64,000 bases of DNA from the IMG/VR virus record IMGVR_UViG_3300025121_000282, positions 248,001 to 312,000 of that record; one strand, written 5' to 3'. Shown here piece by piece: positions 54,978-64,000 of this stretch. Under the pieces are notes generated by a model. That model saw nothing but the letters and a program-made list of their open reading frames with translations, had not been told where the DNA came from and ran no database searches. Position 1 is the first letter of the stretch, and every line of letters starts with the position of its first letter. The position numbers and the translations under genes were made by a program.

Positions 54978-55648
54978 GTGGACCTGTATTTAGTTCTAAA
55001 AAACACAGCAGACTGAATGCTCAGTGTGTTGATATAACTGTCCGCAGGAATTCCGGCTTTTTTGACCATGGTTACAAGCGATGTATGCCTACTTACAGCT
55101 TCTTCGTATTTTATTGGGGATTTTATGTAGTATTCGTACTCTAAGATGTCGTCACCCACGTCATTCCTGAGCGATGATTTACTTTCTGGACATTTGCCAC
55201 TAAGTGGGTGAGTAATTATGTCGTTTCTTCTATACTTGTAAAAATCCCAAACCCCCTGGGCTTTCCCAGACACCCCATCCCGGTCTGGAATCACCCCCAC
55301 ACCCTCGTTTTTGGCTATGGACAGGGCCACATCATACAGTAAGGGGCCATTTCCACCTATTGCTGCTGAGGAGGAGATTTCATAGTTACTACCACACCCG
55401 CTTGTAGCTGGTTCCATGGTGATGGTTCCCAGCACAGAAGACTTTAAAGAAACGAAAAAGTCGTCTATACAATCCGGGTTTTGTAATTTTTCTTTTTCAA
55501 ATTTTTCTATCGAGGATTTAACTACGTCATAATTGTACGCAGTTATGTCATAAGCATCAGAGCCATGGACTATGCATAAGGCCAAGTGCTTATCTACGAC
55601 GCCAACATCGTAGGCTATTTTACGTAGGTGAGCACTTAGTTTGAGCAC
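54974..55648 (-). CDS. GNAT-like protein, paralog 2
   Basis: YEISSSAAIGGNGPLLYDVAL, VIPDRDGVSGKAQGVWDFY. Confidence 0.5.
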   Translation of the reverse strand: MLKLSAHLRKIAYDVGVVDKHLALCIVHGSDAYDITAYNYDVVKSSIEKFEKEKLQNPDCIDDFFVSLKSSVLGTITMEPATSGCGSNYEISSSAAIGGNGPLLYDVALSIAKNEGVGVIPDRDGVSGKAQGVWDFYKYRRNDIITHPLSGKCPESKSSLRNDVGDDILEYEYYIKSPIKYEEAVSRHTSLVTMVKKAGIPADSYINTLSIQSAVFFRTKYRST

Positions 55649-55659
55649 AAGTCCATACC

Positions 55660-56421
55660 TTAGAGTGACTTAATCTCTGAGATGATGCGTTGTGCTCGCA
55701 TCAGTACTTTCTTAAGCTGCTCTGTCTGTTCCGTGGACTCCAGTCCTTCCGGAAGTTCTTTTCTAGCAGACATAAATAGCAAGACAGCATCCTGAAGAGT
55801 GTCTGCTGCAATCTCCATTTTATCTTCCGGAGTTAGACTGTTGTACCCACTCCTGAGTGTTCTAATTTCGTTCATTATGTCTACCATTAATGAACGGGCA
55901 GGAGTCGAAAAGCCAGACTCCTGTAGGTCAACTGCGGCTACTTTGCGGAGACTAGCTGCCAAGGTTCTAAACTTCATGTGCTCATCCCTTATCCCTGTGT
56001 ACTTCTTTTGAGTTTCCAAATCAACGAATCCAACAGAATCTACCATTATCACCTTACCATTTTTAAGTTTGATAAGGTCACCCACAGTCATGCTACTGTG
56101 GTTTGTGTGCTTCAACTTTAGCATTTGATCAGCTTGGCCATCGGGACACCAAACTGAACGTTGCATCATTTCCAGTATGTGCTCAGGTGTTATTTCGTCC
56201 ACATATCCAATTTTGGCATGCGTCGTCAACAAAGTTTCATCCGGATTGGACAAATTGAGCAGCAGACTTGGGGATTGGTTTTTTAAATGTCTGAATCCCT
56301 GTAAAAACGAAGCAGAATGCTCTTTTTTTACAAACCATACAGACGACTGCCCGTGGCCGTATCTATGGTCCCCCGTAGCCTTTATTGCATCGCGAAGTGT
56401 TATGTAGTTTTTAACGGACAT
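55660..56421 (-). CDS. Two-domain hypothetical protein
   Basis: HSSMTVGDLI motif; internal LAASLRKVAA motif. Confidence 0.6.
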   Translation of the reverse strand: MSVKNYITLRDAIKATGDHRYGHGQSSVWFVKKEHSASFLQGFRHLKNQSPSLLLNLSNPDETLLTTHAKIGYVDEITPEHILEMMQRSVWCPDGQADQMLKLKHTNHSSMTVGDLIKLKNGKVIMVDSVGFVDLETQKKYTGIRDEHMKFRTLAASLRKVAAVDLQESGFSTPARSLMVDIMNEIRTLRSGYNSLTPEDKMEIAADTLQDAVLLFMSARKELPEGLESTEQTEQLKKVLMRAQRIISEIKSL

Positions 56422-56453
56422 TGCGTACTAAATAGTACGCATAAAAATGTTAT

Positions 56454-56903
56454 TTAAACATAGTGTTCGGATATAAGCAAAATAGCAACAGCGGAGTATC
56501 CAACAATGTCTCTCCAGGCGTCTACCATGGGCTCACCCACCGCAGTGGCACCACTGCGAGCCAGCATGTTTTCTATCCTGGCCAGCTTGTCCACTGTTCT
56601 CACCTTAATACCAAATTCACCAAACTCAACAATGTTCTTAACACCATAGTCATGGCGCTTTTTAGATAAAAACACGGAGAGTTCAGCAACAGTATCTACA
56701 GAGCTAGAGGACAGTGTGCTAAATTCCACAAAAGCGATAGATCCAATTTGGGTCCAGGTTTCAGTGTTGTTTCTATCCTGAAACGGACTGTTAGCCACCC
56801 TACCTAAAAGGTCTCTTATTGCATGGTGTGCAACACACTGGGTCGGTGTGTTGAATGTGTTTAGTACACTCTCAAATTGCTTTATGTGTTCTGGATTTAC
56901 CAT
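56454..56903 (-). CDS. DUF1599-like all-alpha NTP-pyrophosphatase fold protein (nucleotide-modification-associated)
   Basis: KKRHDYG...GIKVRTVDKLARIEN...DAWRDIVGYSAVA. Confidence 0.75.
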   Translation of the reverse strand: MVNPEHIKQFESVLNTFNTPTQCVAHHAIRDLLGRVANSPFQDRNNTETWTQIGSIAFVEFSTLSSSSVDTVAELSVFLSKKRHDYGVKNIVEFGEFGIKVRTVDKLARIENMLARSGATAVGEPMVDAWRDIVGYSAVAILLISEHYV

Positions 56904-56937
56904 GTAGCTTTTCTATTACTAAGGGACTGTTGTTAAT

Positions 56938-57843
56938 TTACCACGACATCCAATTGCGGGGGGACTGTACACCATCACGGGTTGTTGGTCCCAGTTTGTG
57001 GCCTCCCCGAATACCGCCATTAAACCTAGACTGTCGGAGGCCTAAAGAGAATTTTAGTGTCCTCTTTGCAAGTTCTAGTTGTGTGTTAAACTGTTGTTCA
57101 GAGGCCGAGGCTAGCCCCTCATACTTGGAAGATTTCTCAATACTTAATGATATACCACCGATTGAATAGTCAAATTCATCAGCCACCCAGTTGAATTGTA
57201 TGGCCCGTGCTGCAGAGGCAATAGTGTGATTTAATATCAGTGCTCTCCAGGCTGGTTTCTGAGCTACCATGGCATCAAAATCCCCAAACATGCCGTCCGT
57301 AGCTGGGGGTGCTAGATTTATGGCATCTACTGCAAAATCCAAATATTCTGATATTTCCTCGTCTTCCCATATAAACCCGAATACTCTATTAAATTGAGTC
57401 AGTGTGCCTTCCGATGTAGGAGGCCTCCAACGGTAATTTTTATCTGGGGCATTGTCTCGTACGAGGATTCTTACACGTCTTATCATAGTGGCCCTGGCAT
57501 CATTGTATAACGGGGCAGACACCTGAACATTTGAGTCCACTACACTAAATTCTTGTACTATTTCTATCGCTTCAGAACCAACATACTGTTTAAAGTACCA
57601 GTGAATTCTAAATTCTCCTAGGTTAGAGTTAGGAGGTACAATAAATGAGGCATAATACTCCCCTACATCCGGGTGTACAGGCAGCCTGTTTTCGTTCCCT
57701 ACCAGGACCTCTATGCCAGTTGTAAAATCACATACATTGTATACTATTTCTGCTGCGTCAGACGAGTTGTTATCCTCATCTTTCAGAAAAATGCTGAGGT
57801 CACTTCTACCTAGTTCTTGACCTCTATAAAACGAGACAGACAT
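56938..57843 (-). CDS. Head-tail adaptor/neck protein with N-terminal Ig-like domain
   Basis: RILVRD...IWEDEEI..YL..A...N..PP; YSIGGISLSIEKSSKY. Confidence 0.65.
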   Translation of the reverse strand: MSVSFYRGQELGRSDLSIFLKDEDNNSSDAAEIVYNVCDFTTGIEVLVGNENRLPVHPDVGEYYASFIVPPNSNLGEFRIHWYFKQYVGSEAIEIVQEFSVVDSNVQVSAPLYNDARATMIRRVRILVRDNAPDKNYRWRPPTSEGTLTQFNRVFGFIWEDEEISEYLDFAVDAINLAPPATDGMFGDFDAMVAQKPAWRALILNHTIASAARAIQFNWVADEFDYSIGGISLSIEKSSKYEGLASASEQQFNTQLELAKRTLKFSLGLRQSRFNGGIRGGHKLGPTTRDGVQSPRNWMSW

Positions 57844-58176
57844 TTATTCCTCTTCTGATTGAGTAAATCTTTCGTTCTGAATGACTAGAAACTGGTGGGC
57901 GACAATCAAAATGTCCAGTACCAGTGTACCTGCAAGGGCAAAAACACACCCAACAAAACCAAATCTTATCAAATCTAGGCAGTCTGTGTTACTAAAATTA
58001 GAAGAGTGAGAAAGCCTTACTAAAACGCCTGCCGAAAAACCCACACAAAATGGGCAGGTGGAGAAGTATTCTAACTTTATTCTTGTTAATAAGAGTCTAA
58101 AGGGATGCCCAATTTTAGACCTAGTAAGTGTGTAAACAATGCCAACAACCGTTAAAGCAAAATCCACGTAGGTCAT
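57844..58176 (-). CDS. DUF1360-like membrane protein
   Basis: TM helices with CPFCVGF. Confidence 0.6.
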   Translation of the reverse strand: MTYVDFALTVVGIVYTLTRSKIGHPFRLLLTRIKLEYFSTCPFCVGFSAGVLVRLSHSSNFSNTDCLDLIRFGFVGCVFALAGTLVLDILIVAHQFLVIQNERFTQSEEE

Positions 58177-58535
58177 ACATTAGCCTTTTTTGTCTTACTA
58201 GTGGGCACAGACTTTTTAGGAGTGGCCAATACTTTGGCATGATGGCCATCAACAGTTGTAATCACTGTACAACAATTTGTAGTGGAAGACTCTTTTATGA
58301 TTGCTAAAGCATCATTACCCTTTGGTCTGTCAAAATCAATGTCACACGCAAAACTCACCTCAACTCTGTGCTGATTCAAAGCCTCCACCAACGATTCTAT
58401 TTCGGTGGATAAACGAACGTTATTAATTTTTCTAATGTTGGTATAAGATACAAGTAGGGCTAGGCGACGAACCGCATCACCTAGCCCTAAAGAAGAAACA
58501 CCGTCTTTTGCTTTGTTTTGTGCGGAATGACTCAT
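58173..58535 (-). CDS. Hypothetical protein
   Basis: 120-aa ORF in the operon. Confidence 0.55.
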   Translation of the reverse strand: MSHSAQNKAKDGVSSLGLGDAVRRLALLVSYTNIRKINNVRLSTEIESLVEALNQHRVEVSFACDIDFDRPKGNDALAIIKESSTTNCCTVITTVDGHHAKVLATPKKSVPTSKTKKANV

Positions 58536-58562
58536 ACTAAGTTAGTCCGCACAAAAAGACGA

Positions 58563-61247
58563 TTACGGCAGGATGATGGGCTCGCCAACTCTTAAGAGAA
58601 GAGAAGAAGCGCCAATGGCAATACCCATGGGCAAAACTACATCGCCACTGCCGCTGGGGGCGGTGGCAGTGATCTGCCCGTCTGTGGTGGACAGGTATAG
58701 TGTCGCACCAGAAGTCCAAGCTCCACCACCGGCTCCCGATGCGATCTTGCCGAAGAGTGCAACGCGGATGGTGCTTGCCGTGTCCAGCGCAGAAGCGTCC
58801 AGCGCAACACCAGCTACCTGCGAGTTGGCAGCTGCATCAGCATCAGCAAGCTGCACCTTGCCATCAGCATCGATGTACACAACACTGCCAACATCCACGG
58901 CAGCATGTACAGCGGGTGTGTCAAAGTGCACGGCGAACGGAGCCGCTGCAGCACCAGTCTGGCCAACAACCAAACCACCTGAACCTACGATCTTAACTTT
59001 CTGGTTGGTGGTTGCATTGCCGAACGAGATGACCTCAGCACCATCGGTGGTGTCAAGGGTCAGGTATGCATTTGTGCTCTCGCCAATCACCAACGAGGTG
59101 GCAGAGTTGTCTACGATCCCGTAGGTCGAAGCAGCAGCAGCACTCAGGTTAAGTGCACCGGCAGAGGTGAGCGCCAAAGTACCAGAAGTAATGGTGCTTA
59201 GGGTAAGACTGCCGCTGGTAGCGCTGACGTTCGAGTTGCCTGTACCGTCGATGCTAAACACGCCTGAAGACAGAATGTCTACAGTGCCCGTCACATCAAT
59301 GTCCAGGTTGGCGCCCGCATTCAAGTCCACGAGGCCAACGCTATCCAGGACTAGGGTGCCCGAGGTAAGCGTCGAAAGCGTCAGGTTACCACCTGTGACG
59401 GAGACGTTTGAGGCGCTTGTGCTGTCAATGGAGAACGAGGCCCCATCCACCGAGAAGGCCGAGGCCCCCACGTTATACGTGAACGTACCCGTCGTCTGTC
59501 CGACGTTGCCCGTGAAGGTCGTCACACCACTCTGGGCCAGTGTCCCGGCATTCTCGATACCCGCGTCGAAGCCCGAGATGGACAGACCTACCGAAGCACC
59601 CGCACCCGCATTCGTCGCGCCGGTCAGCTTCACACCGTAGATGTCCCCGGCATTGTTGAACGAGGTTGCATTACTCAGGTCAACCACGATGCCATTCGAC
59701 GTACCCGTGAAGGCCGAGGCCGCATACACAATACTCAGGGTGCCAACGTTTTCAGTCGTCTTGGCTTGCGTCAGTGCAACTGCACCGTTGTCTACAGTGA
59801 TACCGACACCACCGTTGTAGGCCCCATCAAGTGTAGCCCCACCACTTGCTTCCAAGCTCACCCAAGCTGCACCCGTCCGGTACTTCAGGGTCGAAGTAGT
59901 GGAGTCGTAAAGGAGGTCACCGGCTGCGGGGACCGCGATGTTGTCGGTGATCTCCTGGGTCGTGAAAACCGGCAGACTCAAAAGCACCTGGGCGTCGGTG
60001 CCAAGCTTCACGCGGTCATTCGCATCCAGGCTGGTGATCGTGTCGACGTAGGCAGCCGAGAACGCTGCCGCCGACGTGCCGAGCGTGACGGTCGAGTCCG
60101 CACTCGGGTACATGCTGCCGTTGCCGACGATCACTTGATCGGCGTTGTTCGCGAACAGGTGCAGTAGGCCGCCAGCCATGCCGCCACCGATGGAGAAGTC
60201 TCCACCGCCGGTGATCATCGTGGCCCCGCCCTTGGGGATCATCGTGCCGTCACCATTGACGCGGAGCAGTTCGTTGCCGGAGTTGTTCTTGACCACGAAC
60301 CCGGTCGCGGTCGTGTCGGCGCCGAGCATCATCACGATGTCGGAAGCGACGGCGACGTTGTCGAACCGCAGCTCGCCCGTCGCCGATGTCGCGACCGTAT
60401 TCGTGCCGTCGTGCTGGATCGCGAAGTCGGATCCGGTGCCAATCGTGATGCTCACCGAATCCGGCAGCATCGCGCCGCCCGTGAGCGTCGCGAGATCGTC
60501 GGCGGCCAGCGTTCCGACGCGCAGCGGAAGCGCGTCAAGGACGGCATCGCCGCCAAGGCGGCCGGTCAGGTGCGCGACCACCCACACGTCGTTCGTCTCG
60601 TCGTACACGAGACCGTGGAACGGCGAGTAGATCGAGACCGCCTCGGTGTCCGCGGGCTGCGTGGTCCAGGCAGAAGCGACCGTCGCGATATTCGAGATCC
60701 CGTTGTACTCGGTGACGAGCCGGACGTTGTCGCCCGCGCTCTTCAGCCACATGCCGGTGTAGTAGTCGTTCGTGGCGCTGCCGCCCGCGAGCTTCACCTG
60801 GACGTTCGTCATGCCCGTCTGATCGCCAATATCGGCAATCGTCGCGACGAGCGCGTTCGCGTCTGTCACCACATCACCGGTGCCGACATCATTCGCGGCC
60901 TGATACCGCTGCGCGGCATACCCGGCATTCGCGGATCCGGACGGCCCCGCGTTCACCAGCGCAATGTTGTCGTCGACCTCCATGATCGTGCTATTAACCG
61001 TAGTAGTAGTCCCGTTTACGGTTAAATTACCAGTAATGGTGACACCATCTGCAAACACAGCAGCCCCTGTAAAGGACTTACTGTTCAGGGCAAGGTCTCC
61101 GCCCAGCGACAACGTGGAGTTGCCAGCACCACCACCTAGGGTGATAACACCAGCTGCAGCGCCCAAATCAAAGGACGTACCATCGAGGCCTAGACTCAAC
61201 GACGACGTTTTACGTACGCCACCGTCCAGTACTAAAATTTGTGCCAT
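58563..61247 (-). CDS. Fibre-like virion protein (G/A/T/S-rich) with a high-GC internal segment and a C-terminal cement/DUF2190-like domain
   Basis: 894 aa; GNLTVNGTTTTVNS motif, low-complexity beta repeats, C-term VGSVVYIDADGKVQLADA...LYLSTTDGQITATAP. Confidence 0.8.
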   Translation of the reverse strand: MAQILVLDGGVRKTSSLSLGLDGTSFDLGAAAGVITLGGGAGNSTLSLGGDLALNSKSFTGAAVFADGVTITGNLTVNGTTTTVNSTIMEVDDNIALVNAGPSGSANAGYAAQRYQAANDVGTGDVVTDANALVATIADIGDQTGMTNVQVKLAGGSATNDYYTGMWLKSAGDNVRLVTEYNGISNIATVASAWTTQPADTEAVSIYSPFHGLVYDETNDVWVVAHLTGRLGGDAVLDALPLRVGTLAADDLATLTGGAMLPDSVSITIGTGSDFAIQHDGTNTVATSATGELRFDNVAVASDIVMMLGADTTATGFVVKNNSGNELLRVNGDGTMIPKGGATMITGGGDFSIGGGMAGGLLHLFANNADQVIVGNGSMYPSADSTVTLGTSAAAFSAAYVDTITSLDANDRVKLGTDAQVLLSLPVFTTQEITDNIAVPAAGDLLYDSTTSTLKYRTGAAWVSLEASGGATLDGAYNGGVGITVDNGAVALTQAKTTENVGTLSIVYAASAFTGTSNGIVVDLSNATSFNNAGDIYGVKLTGATNAGAGASVGLSISGFDAGIENAGTLAQSGVTTFTGNVGQTTGTFTYNVGASAFSVDGASFSIDSTSASNVSVTGGNLTLSTLTSGTLVLDSVGLVDLNAGANLDIDVTGTVDILSSGVFSIDGTGNSNVSATSGSLTLSTITSGTLALTSAGALNLSAAAASTYGIVDNSATSLVIGESTNAYLTLDTTDGAEVISFGNATTNQKVKIVGSGGLVVGQTGAAAAPFAVHFDTPAVHAAVDVGSVVYIDADGKVQLADADAAANSQVAGVALDASALDTASTIRVALFGKIASGAGGGAWTSGATLYLSTTDGQITATAPSGSGDVVLPMGIAIGASSLLLRVGEPIILP

Positions 61248-61273
61248 TTTGTCTCTCCAATTTTTTGATACAA

Positions 61274-61346
61274 AGGAATTAGATGTGAGGAATTAGATGT
61301 GAGGAATTAGATGTGAGGAATTAGATGTGAGGAATTAGATGTGAGG
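61274..61346. repeat. Intergenic tandem repeat, 14-bp unit AGGAATTAGATGTG x5 plus AGG
   Basis: Five identical units at 61274, 61288, 61302, 61316 and 61330, with no spacers. Confidence 0.97.
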
Positions 61347-61378
61347 CTTAGCTTAAGCTTCAGATAGAAGACCTACCG

Positions 61379-61681
61379 TTAAATACCCAAGTCTTCTTCA
61401 TCTAGTGCCGGGGTTTTGTTTGAGGGAGAGGCCGCCAGCGTATCGGGGTCTTCCTCTTCCTCTACCAATTTTGTGACTAAGTTGTTAATGTCAACCAGTA
61501 GAGTTCCAATGTCAGTGTTTATAACATTGATTCTTTCTTGGTCTACTTTGAGTCTTTCTTCAATTTTGGAGTTGACCCGGTCTCTCCACGCTTCAAACTC
61601 TTCCTTAATTTTTAAGGCCTCTTGGTTTAGCAACTCCCTACGGTGTCGAAGTTGCTTAATCTGTCCACGGATACTACTCAT
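61379..61681 (-). CDS. Small coiled-coil protein
   Basis: 100 aa, heptad pattern, acidic tail. Confidence 0.6.
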   Translation of the reverse strand: MSSIRGQIKQLRHRRELLNQEALKIKEEFEAWRDRVNSKIEERLKVDQERINVINTDIGTLLVDINNLVTKLVEEEEDPDTLAASPSNKTPALDEEDLGI

Positions 61682-61985
61682 TTGCGTTACTCCTTGCTAT
61701 AAACACGGCATCACGAATTTGTTTGTGCTTTTTTAACAACAACGAAAGTACTGAATTGTCTAAAATTGATTCAAAACTTGTTACTGAGTTTGTGTCCATG
61801 TTTTCAAGTTCAGTAACAAGTTGAGTTAAGTGTAATAACATTTTAGACTTAGATAGTTCTATGGCATTGGAGCCAGTGTCGTACACCATAGTTTGGAATC
61901 TGTCCCCACGCTCTATGGAGACTCTTTTTGTACCAGAAAATTCTAGCACGGTTCCTAACAGTAGGTTGTTGGTCTTTAAAGCCAC
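61674..61985 (-). CDS. Hypothetical protein
   Basis: 103 aa, GTG start. Confidence 0.55.
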   Translation of the reverse strand: MALKTNNLLLGTVLEFSGTKRVSIERGDRFQTMVYDTGSNAIELSKSKMLLHLTQLVTELENMDTNSVTSFESILDNSVLSLLLKKHKQIRDAVFIARSNANE

Positions 61986-62765
61986 TTAGTTTAGCTCAAT
62001 TGGTCGTTCTACATGCACCAGCACGCCGCCCTTAAAAAACTTACCAACCACTGTTATAACACCAGTGACTGGTGACATAGTAGTGACTGTACCGGCCTGA
62101 GTATTAGACAAAAATAGCTGCTGGTTGCTTTGCGGTTCTGGACTGCCCTCTTCTTTAATACATATACTAAACCCGTTAAATACAAATCTTCCCTGTGCGT
62201 TATTTACTACTGTGGTAGGCAAAGAACCTACTACATCAGATGTTAGTAGTGCCGTGGCTATAGCTGGGGCCATAGACCCGTCTTGCTTTATATACACCAT
62301 TGTTCCGGCTGCTATACTAGACCCAGTCCTGTTCCAAACTGGTTTAGAATGAATCCCGTATGCTAGCATGCTATCATCCCACTCAAAATCATTAGGGTTT
62401 GGAATACTTCCAAGCTTTTGTGCAGGCATTTTATCTAGTGTGGCTTGCCTGCACACGTCCCTCACTACATCAAATCTCTGTATCGATTTTACCACGTTGG
62501 ATTGTTGAGTGGATTTGTACTTCCACTCTATTATATGACTCCCTATGTTCCATTGTCCAGCCATAAAAAACAAAAACACAAAATATTCACCAACACCTGC
62601 CCTGCTTGGTGCCCCAACCAGTGGTTTTGCTATTTTGTTGCCAGTAGTACAATCGTATATTGTGTATGTGATCCAAAAAGGGTCTACAGGCACGTTTCCG
62701 CTGTCATACAGCAGTATGTCTAAATCACCAACACCAATGTGGTCCCCTATCTTGAATGAATTCAT
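61986..62765 (-). CDS. Virion protein: N-terminal Ig-like domain + C-terminal cement-like domain
   Basis: N-term resembles 56938..57843; C-term resembles the end of 58563..61247. Confidence 0.65.
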   Translation of the reverse strand: MNSFKIGDHIGVGDLDILLYDSGNVPVDPFWITYTIYDCTTGNKIAKPLVGAPSRAGVGEYFVFLFFMAGQWNIGSHIIEWKYKSTQQSNVVKSIQRFDVVRDVCRQATLDKMPAQKLGSIPNPNDFEWDDSMLAYGIHSKPVWNRTGSSIAAGTMVYIKQDGSMAPAIATALLTSDVVGSLPTTVVNNAQGRFVFNGFSICIKEEGSPEPQSNQQLFLSNTQAGTVTTMSPVTGVITVVGKFFKGGVLVHVERPIELN

Positions 62766-63145
62766 GTGCTACTGAATGCCCTCAATCCGCCACCAAACCC
62801 ACCAAAGTCCAATACAGTGGCTGCGTCTTCTAAGCTTAAATCGTTGTCATCCGAGTCTAAACCCTTAAATTCTATATAGCACACAGTATACGGAGGTAAC
62901 TCAGCAGAAACGTCCCATCTATAATGAAATCTACCTGTGTATCCGCTGTATGTCATTTCTGTAGTGGATATAACGTCAGTTACTGCGTTATCCACGTACC
63001 TTACTATCCTCACAGTGGCTTCTACGGGTGACATGGGTGTGTTGCCGGCGGAACTCTTGAATAAACAAGACAGGTAGTTTGTAGACCCCCTTAGTACAAA
63101 AATCATTTTATACCCCGTGAACCAGTGGTTTAAGTCTCTTAACAC
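62762..63145 (-). CDS. Ig-like virion protein
   Basis: FKSSAGNTP.SPVEATVRI...TGRFHYRWDV, a stand-alone version of the same Ig-like module. Confidence 0.5.
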   Translation of the reverse strand: MLRDLNHWFTGYKMIFVLRGSTNYLSCLFKSSAGNTPMSPVEATVRIVRYVDNAVTDVISTTEMTYSGYTGRFHYRWDVSAELPPYTVCYIEFKGLDSDDNDLSLEDAATVLDFGGFGGGLRAFSST

Positions 63146-63557
63146 ACGAGATAAAATTGCCGGAGTTTACAAAAGACCCACTTATAAACTCAATTCTAAG
63201 TTTTTTAATCTCTTTTTCAGAGTTGAACGGACGGAAATGAAAATAGAATCTGTTACCTACTTTAGACGTACCAGTGAGTTCCACATTATTGGCACGTAAA
63301 AATGCAGCAAAAAACAAATCTGACGTTTTAGGATTACAAAAGTCTAAACAAAAGTCACCAAGTGTGTATGATTTAAGAGTGCGCATGGCACTGATCAAAA
63401 GGCTGTTGTTTACATGTTTACTTTTTAGGTCGGGGATACTGGGTACGTTAAAACAAAAGTAGTGCTTGTTGTTGTCTATGCGACAATCAAACAACACAAA
63501 CCCAGCAGCCAGCAAAGTCGCTGCATAATTGGTATCATTCGTAACAAATTCTTCCAT
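63108..63557 (-). CDS. Tandem two-domain DUF5659-like protein
   Basis: TNDTNYAATLLAAG...HYFCF and TSDLFFAAFLRANN...FYFHF repeats. Confidence 0.55.
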   Translation of the reverse strand: MEEFVTNDTNYAATLLAAGFVLFDCRIDNNKHYFCFNVPSIPDLKSKHVNNSLLISAMRTLKSYTLGDFCLDFCNPKTSDLFFAAFLRANNVELTGTSKVGNRFYFHFRPFNSEKEIKKLRIEFISGSFVNSGNFISCVKRLKPLVHGV

Positions 63558-63583
63558 TCACATATGTCCGCATGGACTAAGAT

Positions 63584-64000
63584 TTAAAGAGCGAATGCCG
63601 AGTTGTTGGCATTATCAGCCAACACAGTAAGTGCAACGGCAGTCGCGCCACCTGCAACCCACTCTCTAGAAGTTGCAAAACCAGCAATTACACCCTCAGT
63701 AAATGAGAGTCTAAATGCGTCGGTTTCCACAATCCTAGGGGCAAGATAGTCTAACAAAACTAACGTCTGCTCATCCGTCATGCCGACAACGCCCTGGTAC
63801 GACGCAAGTCTCATGTCACCCGCAAGTGCTAGCGCCACCATACTATCAGCATTTGCTGCTGTTATAGTGACACCGGCTGCGTCAGCACCCTTTAGACAAT
63901 TAGCTTGGGTGGGGTACCCAACAAACTGGGACTGAGGGTGCTGGAGGTATGGGACGTGGTTGGACCGAGGCTCAAGATCCCCAACAAAAAGGGGACCCAG
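63584..64000 (-). CDS. Hypothetical virion-type protein, 5'-truncated at the window edge
   Basis: The frame of the track ORF 63584..63841 stays open to base 64000 (LGPLFVGDLEPRSNHVPY...). Confidence 0.65.
   Translation of the reverse strand: MGPLFVGDLEPRSNHVPYLQHPQSQFVGYPTQANCLKGADAAGVTITAANADSMVALALAGDMRLASYQGVVGMTDEQTLVLLDYLAPRIVETDAFRLSFTEGVIAGFATSREWVAGGATAVALTVLADNANNSAFAL

Noticed and set aside
58573-61296. Overlapping + strand ORFs (up to 204 aa) in the high-GC segment
   Set aside because: Expected from stop-codon scarcity in GC-rich DNA antisense to a real gene.
61274-61346. CRISPR mini-array
   Set aside because: Units are directly adjacent, with no spacers, and only 14 bp long.
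1-64000. Genome-wide TAG->amino-acid recoding (code 15-like)
   Set aside because: Long genes are intact in the standard code, and TAG ends genes at natural boundaries (e.g. 25019, 38256, 40682, 45585).

Overview
A 64-kb segment of a large (jumbo-type) contractile-tailed phage genome. Most of it is a minus-strand virion module: neck and fibre-like genes, holin, tail completion, a 1457-aa sheath, tube, chaperones, tape measure, hub, spike, and a >1900-aa baseplate-type ORF running off the left edge. Two accessory blocks interrupt it (23.4-26.1 kb and 30-45.6 kb). Main highlights: (1) a leaderless leader peptide MRINYPTSEM-[UAG]-LHLARGPP-UGA whose RGPP codons can base-pair with the Shine-Dalgarno of an operon encoding a Pth2-like peptidyl-tRNA hydrolase, 2.4 kb from a phage tRNA gene with an amber (CUA) anticodon. 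Together these suggest a stop-codon-readthrough-gated translational switch. (2) An intein-split adenylosuccinate-synthetase homologue with PurZ (2-aminoadenine/Z-base) signatures, flanked by two paralogous endonuclease + Mom-like GNAT fusion genes. Also present: RNase Z, an HD hydrolase, an RlaP-like nucleotidyltransferase, an RHH gene with an operator-like palindrome, a possible capsid-like fragment, a high-GC mosaic insert in a fibre gene and a 14-bp tandem array. All family calls come from motif recognition by eye; no database searches were run.
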